NCBI GenBank assembly: GCA_965215195.1
Contig: CBDCDC010000002.1
Location: forward strand, 2,304,001-2,368,000
Direction: 5' to 3'
DNA from: Candidatus Latescibacterota bacterium
Lineage (GTDB): Bacteria; Latescibacterota; UBA2968; UBA8231
DNA length: 64,000 bases
The notes beneath the pieces are model-generated. The model saw nothing but the letters and a program-made list of their open reading frames with translations, had not been told where the DNA came from and searched no databases. How positions within the stretch are numbered: position 1 is the first letter of the stretch; every line of letters starts with the position of its first letter. Of this stretch, positions 61,313 to 64,000 are shown piece after piece. A program made the translations under genes and the position numbers.

Positions 61313-61635
61313 AGTCCTTAACGTTTGTTTTCGAGGCGACGCTGCTGGCCCCGCTGGTGGAGTTCGCCACGTCGACCAGCGGCCACGTTGAGCCGCGTCA
61401 GGGCTTGGCCTTGGGGTGGTTGGGCAGCGTGGTGGCCGGGCTGGCGGTGGTGTTCGGCACGGCCGACCAGGCGCAGGCCGATCCCTGCAACGAAGGCTGG
61501 CACTGCTCCAACGATATGTGCGACTGGGATCACCATGGAAACCCCATAGCGGCGTATGACAAGAAATGGGTTCACCATCCTAATGACCCCCCTGGATGCG
61601 TAAGCACGGCAAGGGCCTGTACCTGTCCTCCGTAA
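61309..61635 (+). CDS. Secreted six-cysteine peptide precursor
   Basis: GAGGAG RBS, 57-aa leader with a hydrophobic core ending AQA, and a 51-aa core with 6 Cys, 5 His and 3 Trp. Confidence 0.75.
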   Translation: MKSLTFVFEATLLAPLVEFATSTSGHVEPRQGLALGWLGSVVAGLAVVFGTADQAQADPCNEGWHCSNDMCDWDHHGNPIAAYDKKWVHHPNDPPGCVSTARACTCPP

Positions 61636-61703
61636 TCTACCATCCGGATATATCGCGGCTGTCCAAATAGGAGGATGGTTCTGCGGTAAGTGCTGAGAGG
61701 TAT

Positions 61704-61742
61704 AGCCCCTGTGGCACTCTAGGGCCGGGTGCCACAGGGGCT
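61704..61742 (+). terminator. Strong stem-loop downstream of the peptide gene
   Basis: AGCCCCTGTGGCAC / GTGCCACAGGGGCT, a perfect 14-bp stem with only a weak T tail. Confidence 0.6.
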
Positions 61743-61829
61743 GGTTATCCTCTGGTCTGCGGAGTCTGTCGTATCATAGAGGTAGAGCATTCGCTCGACT
61801 AACATTCTTCCCCATGCTGGAGGTGCATT

Positions 61830-64000
61830 ATGCGCTGCTTGCTGATTGCGATTGGATTACTATCGGCTCCGCTGGGAGCTTTCGCCCTAACGTGGGATTT
61901 TGACGAGGGGACAACTTGGGGCTGGACCGCCTACGAGAGTGAATTAAACTTCGGCAATCTTAATCCCACCACGGTGTACAGCGAAGTCGAAGATGGTATC
62001 TGGCGCATTGCGCCGGTGCTAAACGGACAGATACCGGCCATTCGCTTGCTCTCGCCGCTGATTGGGGAGGACTCGGCCTTGTTCGACCGGGTCACCCTCC
62101 GGCTGCGTATCATCCATAATCGCCCCACCGGGGGAACCCTCCTGATGGCGTGGTCCAATGGCGAATCCCGACGCCGCAAGCAGGAAGCGGGCCAACTTGG
62201 AAGCCGGTCGGAGTTTTATACGGGCCGTTATCAACTGTATCCCATCGAATGGGAAAATATCACGATAGATATTCGCGCCTTGGAAGCCGGTTTGGAAGCC
62301 AGACAAGAAGAGCCGATTGCGACCATTTGGGCGGATACCTCGATAGTTTGGCAGGACACTCTCTTCCACTTGCAATTAGACCTAAACTTGAACCATAACC
62401 CCGAGGGTCCGGCCGATCATCCTGAGTTTGTCGAAGTCGATTGGATTCAACTGACGGGGGCTGAAGAGTTGCTGTTCGGGGAATTGCAGCCCCGGGCGAT
62501 CGCCAAGGCTGGGTTGCCCGGGGCGTTGTTTGCCGAACCGCGTTTTTCTGCTTTGGGTCCGGGTATCGGTAGCTTAGAATCGCAAGGTACTTTGGGCGAT
62601 GTAGATGGCGATGGCGATGCCGACTTGGTGGTGGTCTGGACCCACGACACGGTCGTCAAAGTGACCGAAGGGACGTTTGAGAGGACGACCCAAGCGGGCT
62701 GGACGGTCGCGTCCAGCGACGGGTTGGGCGGCTTGGGTCCCACCCGAGAGGTGCTCCGCGGAGGCGAGCCCCTCATGGGCATTGCGGGGGACGACTTCAA
62801 CGGGGATGGACTGCTTGATCTGGCCTTTCGTGATGGTCGGACCCTCGAATTGTGGCTCAACCGGGGCGAGGATGGCTTTGAAACCATCCTCCAGCTATCC
62901 GACGTGTGGTTCGAGGGCTTAGCCGATGGCGATGGCGATGGCGATGTGGACCTGTTGGTCTGGGAGTTCGCCGACCGATTCCACCTACTAGAGTCGCAGG
63001 TGATTATGTGGATCAATGACGGCGCGGCCGGGTTTGCCCACCGCGATCGGTTCGTCCTCGACACCGAAGAAGACCTCCGTGCTTTCCTGCTGGCCGGGCA
63101 ACCGGAGGGCGAGGCCGTGCGCCTGTTGTGGTCCCGACCGTCCTGCAAGCCTGGGGGGACTTTACGGCTGACCCAGCCGTGGGCGGCCAGCGAGCAGTCT
63201 CCGCTGTTTTTTGACGCCCCGCTCAATCCCTGCGACCTGCACCTGCTCACCGATCTGGACGGGGATGGGGCGGTGGAGTTGGTTGGGACACCCGAGCGGA
63301 ATCTATACTTCGACTTTGATGTTCTCACCACCTACCACGGTTTGGCGTTGTGGCGAGTGGACGCTTCGGGCGGGGTGGAACGCCACGACCTGCTCGGTCC
63401 GCAGGTGCTTCTGCCGGATCCGTATTTTGATGATGGGGTCCTTGCCCGCGACCTGACTGGCGATGGCCTGCTGGACTTGGCCGTAGTGGATGTCAACCCG
63501 GCGACGGGGCCGGCGCTGGTGGTGCTGGTCGGCCAGCGCGATGGGGTGCCCGTCGTCGAGGGGCGCTATCCGCTGCCGGGCGTGGGCGCCGAAGTGCTCG
63601 CCGGCGATGTCAACGGCGATGGGGCTGTTGATCTGGTGGTGTTGGGCAGGAGTGTGGAAGGGGGCGATGGCGGGGCCTTCGTCTTTCTCAATCAAAGCGT
63701 CCCGGCCACTGCTATCGCGGCCGAGACGACGGCGACGCCCGCAACATTTGCGTTAGGTGCCAACTATCCCAACCCGTTCAATCCGGCTACGACGATCCCC
63801 GTATCGGTGGCGGGTGCGGGCGACGTGGCCGTAACCATCTACAACGTCTTGGGGCAGCCGGTGCGCGCGGTGTGGAACGGTCCGTTGGCGGCGGGCGAGC
63901 ATCGGCTGACGTGGGATGGCCGAGACGGGCAGGGGCAATCCGTCGCCGCCGGAGTCTATCTGGTGCGGCTGCACCAAGGCGACCACACGCGCCTCCGCAA
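61830..64000 (+). CDS. Secreted FG-GAP/VCBS-repeat protein with C-terminal FlgD-Ig/T9SS-A-like sorting domain, 3'-partial
   Basis: Absent from the ORF track because it runs off the window. GGAGG RBS, signal peptide MRCLLIAIGLLSAPLGAFA, several GDVDGDGDADL-type repeats, and NYPNPFNP...IYNVLGQ.VR...WDGRD...GVYLVRL in the same frame. Confidence 0.88.
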   Translation, partial: MRCLLIAIGLLSAPLGAFALTWDFDEGTTWGWTAYESELNFGNLNPTTVYSEVEDGIWRIAPVLNGQIPAIRLLSPLIGEDSALFDRVTLRLRIIHNRPTGGTLLMAWSNGESRRRKQEAGQLGSRSEFYTGRYQLYPIEWENITIDIRALEAGLEARQEEPIATIWADTSIVWQDTLFHLQLDLNLNHNPEGPADHPEFVEVDWIQLTGAEELLFGELQPRAIAKAGLPGALFAEPRFSALGPGIGSLESQGTLGDVDGDGDADLVVVWTHDTVVKVTEGTFERTTQAGWTVASSDGLGGLGPTREVLRGGEPLMGIAGDDFNGDGLLDLAFRDGRTLELWLNRGEDGFETILQLSDVWFEGLADGDGDGDVDLLVWEFADRFHLLESQVIMWINDGAAGFAHRDRFVLDTEEDLRAFLLAGQPEGEAVRLLWSRPSCKPGGTLRLTQPWAASEQSPLFFDAPLNPCDLHLLTDLDGDGAVELVGTPERNLYFDFDVLTTYHGLALWRVDASGGVERHDLLGPQVLLPDPYFDDGVLARDLTGDGLLDLAVVDVNPATGPALVVLVGQRDGVPVVEGRYPLPGVGAEVLAGDVNGDGAVDLVVLGRSVEGGDGGAFVFLNQSVPATAIAAETTATPATFALGANYPNPFNPATTIPVSVAGAGDVAVTIYNVLGQPVRAVWNGPLAAGEHRLTWDGRDGQGQSVAAGVYLVRLHQGDHTRLR

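Noticed and set aside
58317-61635. Interpretation as a Tad/type IV pilus, cytochrome c maturation or methylamine dehydrogenase (mau) locus
   Set aside because: No pilus ATPase, secretin or Flp pilin with Glu+5, no CxxCH proteins or Ccm/Res membrane components, and no MauB, MauE or MauG homologs are visible.

Overview
GC-rich bacterial chromosomal window. The gene repertoire (four PhyH-like dioxygenases, a sulfatase, two UxuA paralogs, secreted FG-GAP and discoidin proteins, one with a FlgD-Ig/PNPFNP tail) suggests a Latescibacterota/FCB-type, possibly sponge-associated organism; this is inference only. Most of the window is housekeeping and catabolic genes (csp, zapA, infC with an ATC start, hemF, psd, a glutathione peroxidase) mixed with toxin-antitoxin scars. 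An AT-richer, decaying candidate defence island lies at about 20.4-29.9 kb: a SNF2 helicase, a sacsin-type ATPase-HNH gene broken by a MITE, and PIN, HicAB and BrnTA remnants. Two MITE families were read directly from the DNA: four copies of a ~150 bp element with 9-bp target duplications, and one 123-bp element with a TAA duplication. The most novel-looking locus runs from 54.9 kb to the end. A beta-propeller/sigma54 activator gene is followed by a perfect inverted-repeat enhancer candidate and a consensus -24/-12 promoter. The downstream operon encodes an A24 (prepilin-type) peptidase, a flavinylation-motif CxxC protein, two membrane-anchored redoxins and a small secreted six-cysteine peptide, followed by an FG-GAP protein. 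It is a candidate maturation system for a disulfide-rich secreted peptide. No rRNA, tRNA or CRISPR array was seen. All product calls come from motif recognition by eye, not from database searches.
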